Shown piece after piece: positions 11,201 through 20,340 of a stretch of DNA of 64,000 nt (its first letter is position 1; every line of letters starts with the position of its first letter). The stretch is from a virus. The position numbers and the translations under genes are program-made. The notes below the pieces were generated by a model, which saw only the letters and a list, made by a program, of their open reading frames with translations, made no database searches and had not been told where the DNA came from. The stretch is taken from the IMG/VR virus record IMGVR_UViG_3300036760_000945, positions 18,852 to 82,851 of that record; one strand, written 5' to 3'.

Positions 11201-14200
11201 CTGTTTCTTTATCCTGATCGGTACCACCTAGGCCAGCAGCAATACCTGTCGTAGAAAAAACAGTCAGGAAATTCTGCAGGGAGGCATATGCCCCACCAGT
11301 AGCAGCAACCTTTGACATTTGGTAGGCCACGGTTTCGGGGGCTTGCATTTTTTGATAAGTTTGTGCAGCTATATTAAGTCCTGCAACGCCCGCAGCAAGC
11401 GCAATTGCACCGGGGCCCTTTGCAAAACTCATCATCCCCGTACCTTCACCTGCCCACTGGCCAAATTGTTGAGTAATAGCATAGGCACCAAGCCCAGCTA
11501 CTCCCGTAGAAGTAATGTCGGATAGTAATGGGTTTTGCGCTATTATCATCTTTCCAGCAGTTACTGGGTTGACCTGGGCACCATAAAGTGCAGTTATATT
11601 CTGTGCTGCACGTAATTGGTTATAGGGCACATAAGCAGCTCCACCTGCTTGCGAGGCAGCACCAGCAAAGGTATCTTGCATTGCCAACGCTTCTTGTTGA
11701 CCCTGTCCTACACCACCCGTTATCATCCCCGCAATACGGGCCATGTACATCATGCCCCAGCCCCCTAGCGCTCTCCTTAGAAAGGATCCTCTAAACAACT
11801 GTGGGGTACCGGTTATATCCTCCTGAAGTTCGCCCTCTTGCCTACCAAGACGACCCAATTCGCCTTCTGCTCTGCGTATCTTGCTGGGTAGACCAGGTTC
11901 TACTGCACCGGCTCTATATTGTTCACGATAACCAGCAAGTTCTGCTGTTACTGTTGCCCTTTGCTGCTGTACTTCAGCAAGTCTTATTTGCCGCTCAGAA
12001 TTCTCATACTGCTTGAGTTCGGCCTTGTTCATATTTTCAAGAGAACCGCCGGCCTTATCGAGTAAACCTTTCTGTCTCTCCATTAACTGGTTATATTTCT
12101 CGACAGACTCTATTGGCAACTGGATCAGCTCTTTGGCGCCCGCGCCACGTCCGCGGCCAGCACCGCCAGTAGTACCCAAGTCCTCACTTCTACCAAGAAT
12201 TGGGGAGCCAAACACACCCAGTTGCTGAAGTGCATCATAGGTCGCGCCGCCGGCTACAGCACCAGCCCGCAACATTTCATATTCTGCACCGGCACCCAGG
12301 CCCAGTTTCTCTGTAGCATATTTGAAAGCGCGTTGCACCTGTGGTGCATTTGCGCCAATGCCCTTAAGCAGTTTCTGCACAGGGGCAATAGCAGCGCCAA
12401 ACTGCTCAGGGGCATTCTCCAGGGCCCAGCCAATACGTTGGTACATCTCTCCTGCAGGTGCACCAAGTTGAGTTAAAACACCCTCAATGCCAGCCCGCAT
12501 AGGTTCAAGATATGGCCTGGCGCCCTGTAACCACGCTACAGTAGCTTGATAGTCACGCGAACTCATATAGGGAGGTTCTTGTAGTTCTCCAAAGGAACTC
12601 CATCCTCTGCCACCCCCACCGCCTCTACTTCCACCCGCGCCTCCACCCTGACCGCCACGCCAACCGCCGCCGCTCGGCGGTCTATTGCCGCCGCCGGCCA
12701 TCATTCGAAGATCGGCTTCTCTTTGTTGGGCCCGCGCCGATGGAATATCTTGCTCTCTGCGGAAGCGCTGATAGGCCTCAGCATCCATTTTCGTCTGCTC
12801 AGGCGTCTTTGTTGGATATTCAGTTGCCCTCTGTGGCGCACCTGTAACCGCAGTTGCCGCCTGGCGCTGGCGCTCAATCGCAGCCTCTATTTGCCGATTT
12901 AGCCCTTGGCTTTCTTCTACCTTGCCAGGATCAATTATATCGGTACCAGGAATAAATGTTGCAGTAAGTTTTGTTTTGAGAGAAGCAATTGTATCCTCTG
13001 CTACACCAAGAGGAATACCGGTGCCAGCAAGCATTGTTTCCCAGGGCGCTCGAGCGGCAGCAGGTAGAGTAGCCATGGCCGCTGTAATTTCATGTCCGCC
13101 AGGGATTTTGCCTGCCATAAGATTTGCAATTGTACCCGTGGCCTGCCACTGCTTATAGAGTTCAGGGAACTTCTCTTGGAACTTCGCTCCAAGTTGGAGA
13201 GCGCCAGCCTTTGTCGTCGCCATGCCGCCGAGAGCAGTCATGATAGGTAGTCCCATCATTTCGCCGTAGCCCTGTTTCTCTAGTTGTTGCCACAGGACTT
13301 CTTTTCTACCGGCAATTGGTACACCCTGGAGTTGCTTGAGCAAACCCTCATAGCCACTTGCAGGTGCAAACATACCCGCAAGCATCTCGCTTGCAATCGG
13401 GTAATACTCTTTGCCTTTCTCTACGATCGGACGTGTAGCAATATCGGCAATGCCATGTAGAAAGTTAGAAACCCCGCCTGCGGCAGCGCCCTCGGCACCT
13501 AATACATATTTGCTCTTGTAGCGTCCACCAGCACCCAACACGCCAGCCATTAGTTCGCCCTCGGGGGTAAACTTGGCACTACCAAGCAGAGAAGCAAAAG
13601 GTACGCCGCTCTTGCCTGTAAGCCACTTATCGAGACCTGTCTGGTAGGGCTGTATCAAGCTCTCTGATACATCTGCAATGGTTTTGGCAGAATAGCCAGC
13701 CATTTGCATTGCAGGATACATGGGATTGCGGATATTATAGGTCTGCCCCATAGTTGCCTGTGAATACACTGCCATTTGGCGGTGCACAGCCTGTGCCTCT
13801 TTCATACCGCCCCATTGTAGATCATTGCCCTTGCCAAGAGGATCAACGCCCTGAATAACATCCTTCATCGCATTGAAGGTCGAGGACGATCTCTGGTAAA
13901 TACCAACATCCTGGAAGCGTGCTTTTGCTATACCCGTGGCCTTTTCGGGGGTCAGGGCTGCATTTTCTTTCCAGAAATCCTCGGTTGCAAAAGTTTCTAG
14001 TTTGCCCTCTGGAGTTCTACGCAACATCTGAATTACCGTTGCGATATCCCTGTCCAGATCGCCCTGAGAGGCTTGCGTACCCGCGGCAAAACCAACAAAA
14101 GCGCCCCCTCTATTCTCGGGGTTTGCGAGTGCGGCAGCCGCGGCCTCAGAGCCAACGCGAGCCGCATATTCACCATAGCCAATTTCCCGCATGGCCAGAG

Positions 14201-17200
14201 AACTCTCCGCGCGCGAACCTACGGGAATACGGGTAAAGGTAGCTGCGAGTTTGCCAGATGTGGCAATAGTTTCATATTGCTGCCTGGCACCGGGCAGCTC
14301 GCTCTCCGCAAAACCAAGCCTGCGAAGCACCAGATCCCTTGTATCGGGAGCCATAAGCATTTCGTTTGTCTGTAATCCGGGCAGACTTGCATAACGCAAT
14401 GTTGCGCCACTCGGTACTTCCCTGGAGGCGATCTCTTTATAGGCCTCGCCTCGCTCAGAGAAGTTCTGTTTGAAGAGATTATATAGACCTGCAATACCAC
14501 CAAGGGCAGCAGTGCGAGAGCCGGCCTGCTCCGCTGCCACGGCAGCCCTAAGTGCCTTGAAATAAGTACGCCCACCACCGCCGATCTCGGTCCCAAGTGG
14601 TGCATACTGCAGTTCCTGCATTGCCCTGGGTGCCACAAGCGAAACACCTGTCCTTGGGAAATAAGGTACGCCAGCAGTCTCTCCGGCATCGCCAATAACA
14701 CCACGAAAAGCCTCAAGGCGCTCACGAGAAGGCATGCCTCGAGTGCCCTCTAGGACTGCCGAGGCCCGTTGCAGCAACGCGGGCGTCATCTCGATCGCGT
14801 TTTCTGGTCTATAGCCTTGCCCAGCCGCGACAGACTTGGTTTGTGCATAGAAGCCAAAGGCCTGTTTCCAGGCGCCCTGCATTCTTGTAGCGTCGCCGGG
14901 CACAGTATTCAGTAGGCCTAACCACTTTGACATCTCCGGCCATTTCTGCGATAGGCCAGCACCAAGTTCCATATTTACACGTGCGCGACCGGCATACTCG
15001 GGTACCATGTAGTTCATTGTTCTTGCATAGGGTACAGCACCTGCAGCAGTCTGTGTTAGAAGTGGATACTCGGCGCGGTTTCCCTCTACATCAGCCAAGA
15101 TGGAAGTTGCTATCTGACTAGGCGTACCACCCTCTGCAGAAGTAGAATATCTCTGTCTTGCAGCCGCCTCAAGTTGTGCCTCGGTAGCATTCTTGAATTC
15201 CGGCATAGTGCGCAGAACCTCTTTGGCCTGCATCGTCATGAAGTTGATCATGTCTGGTGAAGCACGATAAGAGAAGGAAGGATCTCGCACTAACCCAATC
15301 TCGTGTTCCCTTAGATGGCGAATATTCTCAGGAGACTCCGGCGTCACGCCCTTGAAGAAAACCGTATTGAAAATATCCGCAGCCGCCTCCATACCCGTAC
15401 CCGTGAAGGGCACATCGCTCTTTCGGGTCTGTCTTTGCCAGTATTGCCCAAGGCGTTCAAGATCTAACTGCATACCACCGGCGCCCTCGGGGAAATTCTT
15501 CCCAACCCAGCGAGACAACCTGGCTGCTTCTGGCGTACCAGTCTTACCTGCATATTCCTGGAAGATATTGAGGATCTGCGAGCGGGACTGCGCTGCCATG
15601 ATGCCCATAACGTCCATTATGCCGGCACCCTTGACCTCGCCATGTACGTCGGTCACTGGTAGGTTAAGACCGCCTTGCTGGACAGAAGCAGTTGTGCCGG
15701 CAGAGAAAGCACCGATTTTCTCCCCAAGTCCACGCGCCTTCGCGCCAACATCATAAGCCATGCCATAAGCAGAGAGGTTTACTGTACTGATGTTGGATCT
15801 GTTAATTATAAGATCGGGGTATTGTGCCTGGAGTTGTGCAACTAGAGGCTCGGTAGAAACTCCCTTCGCTACGGCCTTACCCGTTACCGGATCCCAGAAA
15901 GAGGGAATATTCAAGTAGGCGGCACGTACCTGGAAATTGCTAACAGAACCAGCCACGCCCATGAACTTACTGGGTTCGCCCACCTCGGTTGGGCGTCCAA
16001 TAATTTCCTCTTCACCCCTTGGTAGTCTGAACCTGCCAAGTGTCAAACCAGGACCGCCAGCAGGCACCGTTCTACCAACAAGTCCCTTCTGAATTGCCAG
16101 AGAGCCCGGCCCCTCACCAAGTAGGGTGCGTAAGTCCTCTACTGGAATATCGGGAGAGACATAGCGGCGTTGAAAACCAAAAGTCAGATTCTCGGGGCGT
16201 GCAGGATTCTCATAACTTACTGCTGCACCGGGGATGCCCGTGGGTGCAAACAGGGTTCTTCTAAGTTCACCAATGCGCCCCTCTTTCTCTCCGGGGTAGA
16301 GAATATTGGCTCTCGCAAGATATTGTTCTCCGCCCGGAGTAATAACCTCGGGCTTGATGGCCCTCAACATAGGCCGACCCGTAGAATAATCCATCACATA
16401 GGCATTGGCTTGCTGTGTGCCGAAGAAGAGAGAAGAGGATTTGAAGGTTTTCTCGGGCTCGCGTGGGCCGAGCATTTCCCTGGTCAGAACTGTTTGCTCG
16501 CCAGGCTGGCCCGCATAAGTACTTCTAACACCACCGGCACCACCAAAGGCCTGTGGCTCTAGCATCCCAGACTTGCCATACATGAGACCATATTTAGCCA
16601 GCTCGGTCCAAGTATATGGCTTGCCCTCTACGATTCTCCCTGAGAGAGAGGCAATCCTTGCCTCAATATCTTTCCCAACATTCCCAGGCACCCAGGGTGG
16701 TATATCTTCAGCCTTGCCAGTTGTACTCTCGAAAGCAAACTGAACACGCCCCTGCATTCTCTGTCTTTGTGCAGCGCCTTGTGGGTTCCAGACATCAAGA
16801 TATGCAGGGGGGATACCCAACATAGTATCGCCATAGGACAACAGTCTACTAAAGGCTTTCTCTGCTGTTTCCCCAGGCCGCTTTGTCCCAAATGCGCCAG
16901 AGACAGTCATTGCCAGGCGCTCCGCAGGAGAAAAGACCTGTGGTGTCTCAGCGTATTCTTCTGTCTTCGGATTTACGCGAAACTTGAAAAAGCCAGTTTC
17001 CACATAGGGTTGCTGGCCTGCTGTTTGCCTGCCGATAAGATAAGTCTGTCCTAGAGGCCCCCCATATCCTTCTGCAATATCCAAAGGCAGCGTTTCCCCA
17101 CTACCGCTCATTGTGATAAAGTAACGTGGATATTTCTCTACAAGCTGCCGCGAAATAGCATATTCGCCGCCCAGCATACTCCGTAATCTGGCAGTGATCG

Positions 17201-17240
17201 GATCGTTCTCTTGGCTGGAGAATGGAACTCTAAGTGGCAT
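8262..17240 (-). CDS. Tape measure protein with putative N-terminal two-barrel RNA polymerase and C-terminal Hint domain
   Basis: Follows tail chaperone pair; ~2990 aa; Ala/Gly/Gln-rich helical C-half; C-terminal AAGG..VGEQGTE..VIPH motif typical of TMPs; start set at ATG 17240 (AGGAG RBS) instead of 17276. Confidence 0.85.
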   Translation of the reverse strand: MPLRVPFSSQENDPITARLRSMLGGEYAISRQLVEKYPRYFITMSGSGETLPLDIAEGYGGPLGQTYLIGRQTAGQQPYVETGFFKFRVNPKTEEYAETPQVFSPAERLAMTVSGAFGTKRPGETAEKAFSRLLSYGDTMLGIPPAYLDVWNPQGAAQRQRMQGRVQFAFESTTGKAEDIPPWVPGNVGKDIEARIASLSGRIVEGKPYTWTELAKYGLMYGKSGMLEPQAFGGAGGVRSTYAGQPGEQTVLTREMLGPREPEKTFKSSSLFFGTQQANAYVMDYSTGRPMLRAIKPEVITPGGEQYLARANILYPGEKEGRIGELRRTLFAPTGIPGAAVSYENPARPENLTFGFQRRYVSPDIPVEDLRTLLGEGPGSLAIQKGLVGRTVPAGGPGLTLGRFRLPRGEEEIIGRPTEVGEPSKFMGVAGSVSNFQVRAAYLNIPSFWDPVTGKAVAKGVSTEPLVAQLQAQYPDLIINRSNISTVNLSAYGMAYDVGAKARGLGEKIGAFSAGTTASVQQGGLNLPVTDVHGEVKGAGIMDVMGIMAAQSRSQILNIFQEYAGKTGTPEAARLSRWVGKNFPEGAGGMQLDLERLGQYWQRQTRKSDVPFTGTGMEAAADIFNTVFFKGVTPESPENIRHLREHEIGLVRDPSFSYRASPDMINFMTMQAKEVLRTMPEFKNATEAQLEAAARQRYSTSAEGGTPSQIATSILADVEGNRAEYPLLTQTAAGAVPYARTMNYMVPEYAGRARVNMELGAGLSQKWPEMSKWLGLLNTVPGDATRMQGAWKQAFGFYAQTKSVAAGQGYRPENAIEMTPALLQRASAVLEGTRGMPSRERLEAFRGVIGDAGETAGVPYFPRTGVSLVAPRAMQELQYAPLGTEIGGGGRTYFKALRAAVAAEQAGSRTAALGGIAGLYNLFKQNFSERGEAYKEIASREVPSGATLRYASLPGLQTNEMLMAPDTRDLVLRRLGFAESELPGARQQYETIATSGKLAATFTRIPVGSRAESSLAMREIGYGEYAARVGSEAAAAALANPENRGGAFVGFAAGTQASQGDLDRDIATVIQMLRRTPEGKLETFATEDFWKENAALTPEKATGIAKARFQDVGIYQRSSSTFNAMKDVIQGVDPLGKGNDLQWGGMKEAQAVHRQMAVYSQATMGQTYNIRNPMYPAMQMAGYSAKTIADVSESLIQPYQTGLDKWLTGKSGVPFASLLGSAKFTPEGELMAGVLGAGGRYKSKYVLGAEGAAAGGVSNFLHGIADIATRPIVEKGKEYYPIASEMLAGMFAPASGYEGLLKQLQGVPIAGRKEVLWQQLEKQGYGEMMGLPIMTALGGMATTKAGALQLGAKFQEKFPELYKQWQATGTIANLMAGKIPGGHEITAAMATLPAAARAPWETMLAGTGIPLGVAEDTIASLKTKLTATFIPGTDIIDPGKVEESQGLNRQIEAAIERQRQAATAVTGAPQRATEYPTKTPEQTKMDAEAYQRFRREQDIPSARAQQREADLRMMAGGGNRPPSGGGWRGGQGGGAGGSRGGGGGRGWSSFGELQEPPYMSSRDYQATVAWLQGARPYLEPMRAGIEGVLTQLGAPAGEMYQRIGWALENAPEQFGAAIAPVQKLLKGIGANAPQVQRAFKYATEKLGLGAGAEYEMLRAGAVAGGATYDALQQLGVFGSPILGRSEDLGTTGGAGRGRGAGAKELIQLPIESVEKYNQLMERQKGLLDKAGGSLENMNKAELKQYENSERQIRLAEVQQQRATVTAELAGYREQYRAGAVEPGLPSKIRRAEGELGRLGRQEGELQEDITGTPQLFRGSFLRRALGGWGMMYMARIAGMITGGVGQGQQEALAMQDTFAGAASQAGGAAYVPYNQLRAAQNITALYGAQVNPVTAGKMIIAQNPLLSDITSTGVAGLGAYAITQQFGQWAGEGTGMMSFAKGPGAIALAAGVAGLNIAAQTYQKMQAPETVAYQMSKVAATGGAYASLQNFLTVFSTTGIAAGLGGTDQDKETAKWTVLRQMMSGQPNAQMWQLAGTLPGTTQYVKALSTTMQIAQGQRTDLAPDAIAKAFTLVSNQNLPQSYWQRFAEQYQQGMQPGELAAGILSASGMGAGAFAAAPLYGTLQGPPALGQTTAGTALIPGVTTTVQGALANYISKNYPTANQQALLGLGGQYTSGFGAAAAWLPGNVTTASQLRTDTDMKKYLDNQIANGILYNKPAGDVYKARYSAWMAQRAAGLTRTPAPLQTEYISGGEAVAMLPEEAARQTATWSAQEAQANYRIGIGAQLQQQAYQFNRPALGNQLYQQFTSGAMPKGQEWFYNQLYNAQPTAVAALAATGGISPQLMAQRFPMITGQTMGINNMALTDIRMGTNQPTGLNWGQSSLAQVGQTGLQTAQQIWGRNWQTSTGLAAPFIAGMAGGIAIPGGPMTLASGETIGNIGGQYALQFMQNQSQYNQAMASAGLAMKRVNQNLAFTTGVGIQQYAGTINPQTGQPFGPLYQGGTWGLQDAQRALGYQQQGWQFGFQQRGMNLGAQQFQENMALNQRGTQMQRGWTQQDWGYQTQTRELQWGWRQEDYAENIRFMTGRERKLAERQMGRETIMHDLEGEQIDKQKNRQKELWKLEDQRFALQNKQFKENLKMQQEQLDKSIEYYQQNKILQEEQTKLERAQYIQQMALEKESAGITAFYAKQQKDLNDAMVKFQIYADNAKGALSLLTDDALMDWQTAMSTSIPILKKWIDQLLRMPGVTTEHGEGEGNAPCFIAGTMITMVAGLTKPIEEVQVGDMVLSMNIKTREPVNARVNKVFHHSAKSNCGYITINKHLGVTAGHPMSINGEWAHAKTLRLGDALLDKDGKDVVVTDLSWNGEQVPSYNFGTDDETHSYFAGGVLAHNLESMKAAGGILRGLASGAVEVGEQGTEGIVGGRVIPHSEWESLKRIHNLFQRPVGVTIAGGSSYIPMGGKKAGAPQIVNIYIGNEKLSSFVLDAVTKELRS
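8568..8963 (-). other. Hint (intein-like, BIL-A/pretoxin type) domain, 132 aa, within TMP
   Basis: Block A CFIAGTMI, block B VTAGHP, blocks F/G SYNFGTD..HSYFAGGVLAHN; the next residue is Leu. Confidence 0.9.
14046..14237 (-). other. Putative RNAP catalytic barrel motifs (FTRIP ... GDLDRD)
   Basis: RxP at 14223-14231 and DxDxD at 14046-14060, in the order of beta' NRxP...NADFDGD. Confidence 0.65.
15717..15749 (-). other. Putative RNAP beta-like two-lysine motif (VGAKARGLGEK)
   Basis: Resembles GDKxAGRHGNKG of RNAP beta; lies N-terminal to the DxDxD motif. Confidence 0.55.
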
Positions 17241-17505
17241 TTGCAGAGGCTCCTGGTATACTTTCCATAATAGCAATTTGTTGTTCTATCACCGACCACT
17301 CCAAGAGCCAGATATGTGGTTGGTCGAGTACCCCACCGGCAACAAGTGGAAGGCCAGTAGATCTGCATCTTTCATACAAGGTCATAGCCTCAGGTTTTTC
17401 TGGGAAATCAACCTTGAGGCCTGCCTTCAGTTCATTGAGTAGACCATAATATTCTCTAATCTCGTCTCGTAACTTCTCCAATTTCCCCGCGACTAGGCTT
17501 CCCCC
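17230..17505 (-). CDS. Tail assembly chaperone, -1 frameshift extension (gpT-like)
   Basis: Open -1 frame overlapping the chaperone 3' end, between chaperone and TMP; GGVLDQP motif. Confidence 0.75.
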   Translation of the reverse strand, partial: GGSLVAGKLEKLRDEIREYYGLLNELKAGLKVDFPEKPEAMTLYERCRSTGLPLVAGGVLDQPHIWLLEWSVIEQQIAIMESIPGASANAT

Positions 17506-17912
17506 ATCGGCCCAGCCCACAGAGGATTCATCTCGAGGACTTTATCGTGGATCTCTTCGGCGACTATTGGAGGAAGCCCCGCCCAGCCTCTCTTGAAGGA
17601 GGCCGGATCTACCTTGCCGTCCTTGAAGAAGAAGGTCGGCTTCCCATTATCATTCTCGATATTGCAGCCCACCATTGTCAGCTCTACCTCTCTGCGATAG
17701 AGTTCCTCGGGGGAAAAGTGCTGAGATACAGTTAATTGGTCGCCATCGAAGACGCGGGTGAACTCCGACAGTAACGCATTGCGCACCTCACATTGGCCTT
17801 GAGTTGCCTGGCGGATACGGACAGTAGTATGATCATCCTTGACATCATATTCTTTGTCCGTCTTCTCGAGGATGAAGTCTTTCTCGATTGGTGCAGTTAG
17901 TTTTAGTGCCAT
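17493..17912 (-). CDS. Tail assembly chaperone (gpG-like)
   Basis: 139 aa between tail tube gene and TMP; AGGAG RBS. Confidence 0.8.
   Translation of the reverse strand: MALKLTAPIEKDFILEKTDKEYDVKDDHTTVRIRQATQGQCEVRNALLSEFTRVFDGDQLTVSQHFSPEELYRREVELTMVGCNIENDNGKPTFFFKDGKVDPASFKRGWAGLPPIVAEEIHDKVLEMNPLWAGPMGEA
17499..17505 (-). promoter_or_regulatory. Programmed -1 frameshift site G GGG GAA
   Basis: ATG GGG GAA GCC TAG; a -1 slip enters the downstream open frame. Confidence 0.75.
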
Positions 17913-17934
17913 TTGTTTCTCCTATAAGGCTATG

Positions 17935-17970
17935 GAGGGGGGGCAAGATATTGGTGCCATGCCCCCCCTC
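17935..17970. other. GC-rich stem-loop after major tail gene
   Basis: Perfect 11-bp inverted repeat GAGGGGGGGCA/TGCCCCCCCTC; no U-tract on the - strand. Confidence 0.6.
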
Positions 17971-17994
17971 TCTTGGGTTATCTATTTATCGTGC

Positions 17995-19071
17995 TTAGGT
18001 CGGCCAGATGTATTCCGGGACCAGGTTGCGCAGCGTGAAGGTTGCATAGGCGATATCGGGATCAGTCTCAAGTGCTACACCAGCAAAGCGCAGCAGGATA
18101 GACTGGTTGCCAGCCAGGGTAAGGCCGCCAACCTGTGACATCATGACTTTGTTAGCAGCAACCACCAGTGAATAGGGTTCAATGTCCTCGGGTGTATTCA
18201 TCGGAGAGACGGCCTTGACCTCGAAGGATGTGGTATACGGCTTGCCGGACCACTCAGTGCCAACAGCACTACCGGTCAGAAGGGCAGCATAAAGATCGGG
18301 GTTGTTCCATTTGACGGTCATATCGTAGGCCAAGCGCCGCTGAACGATCGTCACATCCTCAAGGAATGGACTGCCATAGACACGCTCTTGACGAATATCA
18401 AGAGGCACATTCTGGAAACCGACGGTTGCGGCAACCACAGGCAGCTCGTCGCCGCCATCGCCAATCTTGAGCCAGCCACCAGTCTGGCAACCTACGGGAA
18501 TTGATTCCCAGGACTCGAACTCGTTTTCCCATGACCACTGGTCCGGTGCATGATCGAGCTCGAACTCGCGCCCGAGCACATCGACACGCATCGTCAGTGG
18601 CGCGTCGTTGGGTAGTACCAGTGAAGCACCCACGATCTTGCAATCCCTGAAGATCTGGCCCAGATCGGTGGCCGGATTAGCCTCCTTGGGCGGGATATGC
18701 TTACGGAAACTCATCCAGGGGACATAAGATGGCTCAGCGGCAAAACCGAAGATATGCTTGACGATGTTCTCTGAATAGTCGTAGTCGTCATCATCACTAT
18801 CAACAGCACCCATGAGACCATACAGCAACCAGCCAAGTGTACTTTCAAGGCGCGGCTGGATCGTAAACCCGCCAGCAACCACGGGTCCGGCCTTATAGGG
18901 GAAAGTTGGCACGGGCACGCCGCCAATCTCCGGGACGCCTTCGCGAACTTCATCCATCACGTCCAGGTCGACCATGGTAGCCCGATGTTTGTACCAGTAG
19001 GGCGGACTGAAATCGCCCATGCCGGCTTGGGGGGCAAAGCCAATTATTGCCGAAGCAGCGGTAATTCCCAT
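17995..19071 (-). CDS. Major tail tube protein
   Basis: 358 aa upstream of chaperones; LGWLLYGLMG..KHIF, FRDCKI pattern; AAGGAG RBS. Confidence 0.8.
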   Translation of the reverse strand: MGITAASAIIGFAPQAGMGDFSPPYWYKHRATMVDLDVMDEVREGVPEIGGVPVPTFPYKAGPVVAGGFTIQPRLESTLGWLLYGLMGAVDSDDDDYDYSENIVKHIFGFAAEPSYVPWMSFRKHIPPKEANPATDLGQIFRDCKIVGASLVLPNDAPLTMRVDVLGREFELDHAPDQWSWENEFESWESIPVGCQTGGWLKIGDGGDELPVVAATVGFQNVPLDIRQERVYGSPFLEDVTIVQRRLAYDMTVKWNNPDLYAALLTGSAVGTEWSGKPYTTSFEVKAVSPMNTPEDIEPYSLVVAANKVMMSQVGGLTLAGNQSILLRFAGVALETDPDIAYATFTLRNLVPEYIWPT

Positions 19072-19119
19072 TGTAAAACTCCTTGCCTGTCATAGACAGG
19101 ACTTATAAAAAGATAAATG

Positions 19120-19659
19120 CTAGGGCCTTTCAGTAAGACATTGCCAGAGAACCTTGCCTCGGAAGATGAACTGTTTAGGCGGGCCACCGCTTTCAAAGAA
19201 AGTGTTGCCAAAACAGAACATCTTGATAGCATGTTCGCCGTAGTCGTCCGTCAGGCCGTATAAACTGGTATCTTCTATCGAACTCATCAATCTGCCAAGA
19301 ATATCATAGGCTGTTTCATGCGCCTCGTCCTCCGTGAGATTCTCGCGAATGAAGAAGCACTCAAGCCTTGCTACGCCTCTACGCCACCACATTTCCCCAC
19401 CACCTATTTCTCTGGCCGGTAGAGTAAAACCAATGTTGGGTAGCTTCTCAAGGGTCACAATGCCGTCAGTGTAAAGCGGATCCTCGTGATCACCGCCACT
19501 TACGCCGATCTGTATATTCTTCTGGGTCTTGTCGCTTTGGAGTAGACCCTTCTTAATAACATCGACATAGGTAGGATCGGTTTTACTAACATTGGTCTGC
19601 AGCACATCTGTGAGATGTGCCACCAGTGCATCGAGGATCAAGTTCACTACTTGTGTCAT
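19120..19659 (-). CDS. Tail terminator / completion protein
   Basis: Position before tail tube gene; 179 aa. Confidence 0.55.
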   Translation of the reverse strand: MTQVVNLILDALVAHLTDVLQTNVSKTDPTYVDVIKKGLLQSDKTQKNIQIGVSGGDHEDPLYTDGIVTLEKLPNIGFTLPAREIGGGEMWWRRGVARLECFFIRENLTEDEAHETAYDILGRLMSSIEDTSLYGLTDDYGEHAIKMFCFGNTFFESGGPPKQFIFRGKVLWQCLTERP

Positions 19660-20318
19660 TGTAATATGCCCTTTTGCCGTGTAGGTATCCTTTGCAGCTC
19701 GAGTTCGAAGCGCCGTAAGAAGAAGTCGGACATATCTTTCAACGGATTGTCAGTCGGTTGCCCGGAGTCAACTTTTGTGTCGAACTGCCGGATATTGGCT
19801 GAACCAACCGCTTTATTAAGTAGACAATAAGAGGCCGCAAATAAAACAAGAGCAGTGACTGTACTTTCCGGGGGTTCGAGAGCATCGTCGTCATCAGCCG
19901 GTTTAGTCCAGGAAGCACTATAGTAGATTTTTGCGCCGTCAGTGCCTAAAACATTGACGAAGGCGATCGTCCCTTCAGGATAGTCTGTCCAGGCATTCGT
20001 TTCAAATCCAACAAGAGTGTTCCTGTTTGCCTGTAGGCCCATCATTGGAAGGAATAAACCAACAGTCTTGTCATAAACGCCCTCAATGCCAATGGCATCT
20101 TCCGGGGCGTCATATTCAGACTCGCCGCCGCCAATTTCCTCTGTCTGAGACTTCCAAATTCTTACGGTTATTGCATCGAGTGCGGCACAGATCGCATCCT
20201 TTAGGGTATCGGCACTGTAAACAGTACCGCCAACAGTCTCGCCATAGTCTGGCTCAACTATATCGTCCGCCAGGATACGAATGACTTTCCTTTTCAGGTC
20301 GCCAAAATCAAGATCCAT
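19656..20318 (-). CDS. Head-tail adaptor protein
   Basis: Follows capsid gene; N-terminal FGDLKRKVIRIL helix and helical C-terminus typical of adaptors. Confidence 0.6.
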   Translation of the reverse strand: MDLDFGDLKRKVIRILADDIVEPDYGETVGGTVYSADTLKDAICAALDAITVRIWKSQTEEIGGGESEYDAPEDAIGIEGVYDKTVGLFLPMMGLQANRNTLVGFETNAWTDYPEGTIAFVNVLGTDGAKIYYSASWTKPADDDDALEPPESTVTALVLFAASYCLLNKAVGSANIRQFDTKVDSGQPTDNPLKDMSDFFLRRFELELQRIPTRQKGILQ

Positions 20319-20340
20319 GCCGCACTCCTATATACTTTGA

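Noticed and set aside
8342-17054. Many 60-170 aa ORFs overlapping the TMP gene
   Set aside because: Shadow ORFs with no motifs or RBS
17241-17276. TMP start at 17276 as in the ORF track
   Set aside because: ATG 17240 has an AGGAG RBS and only a short overlap with the chaperone extension
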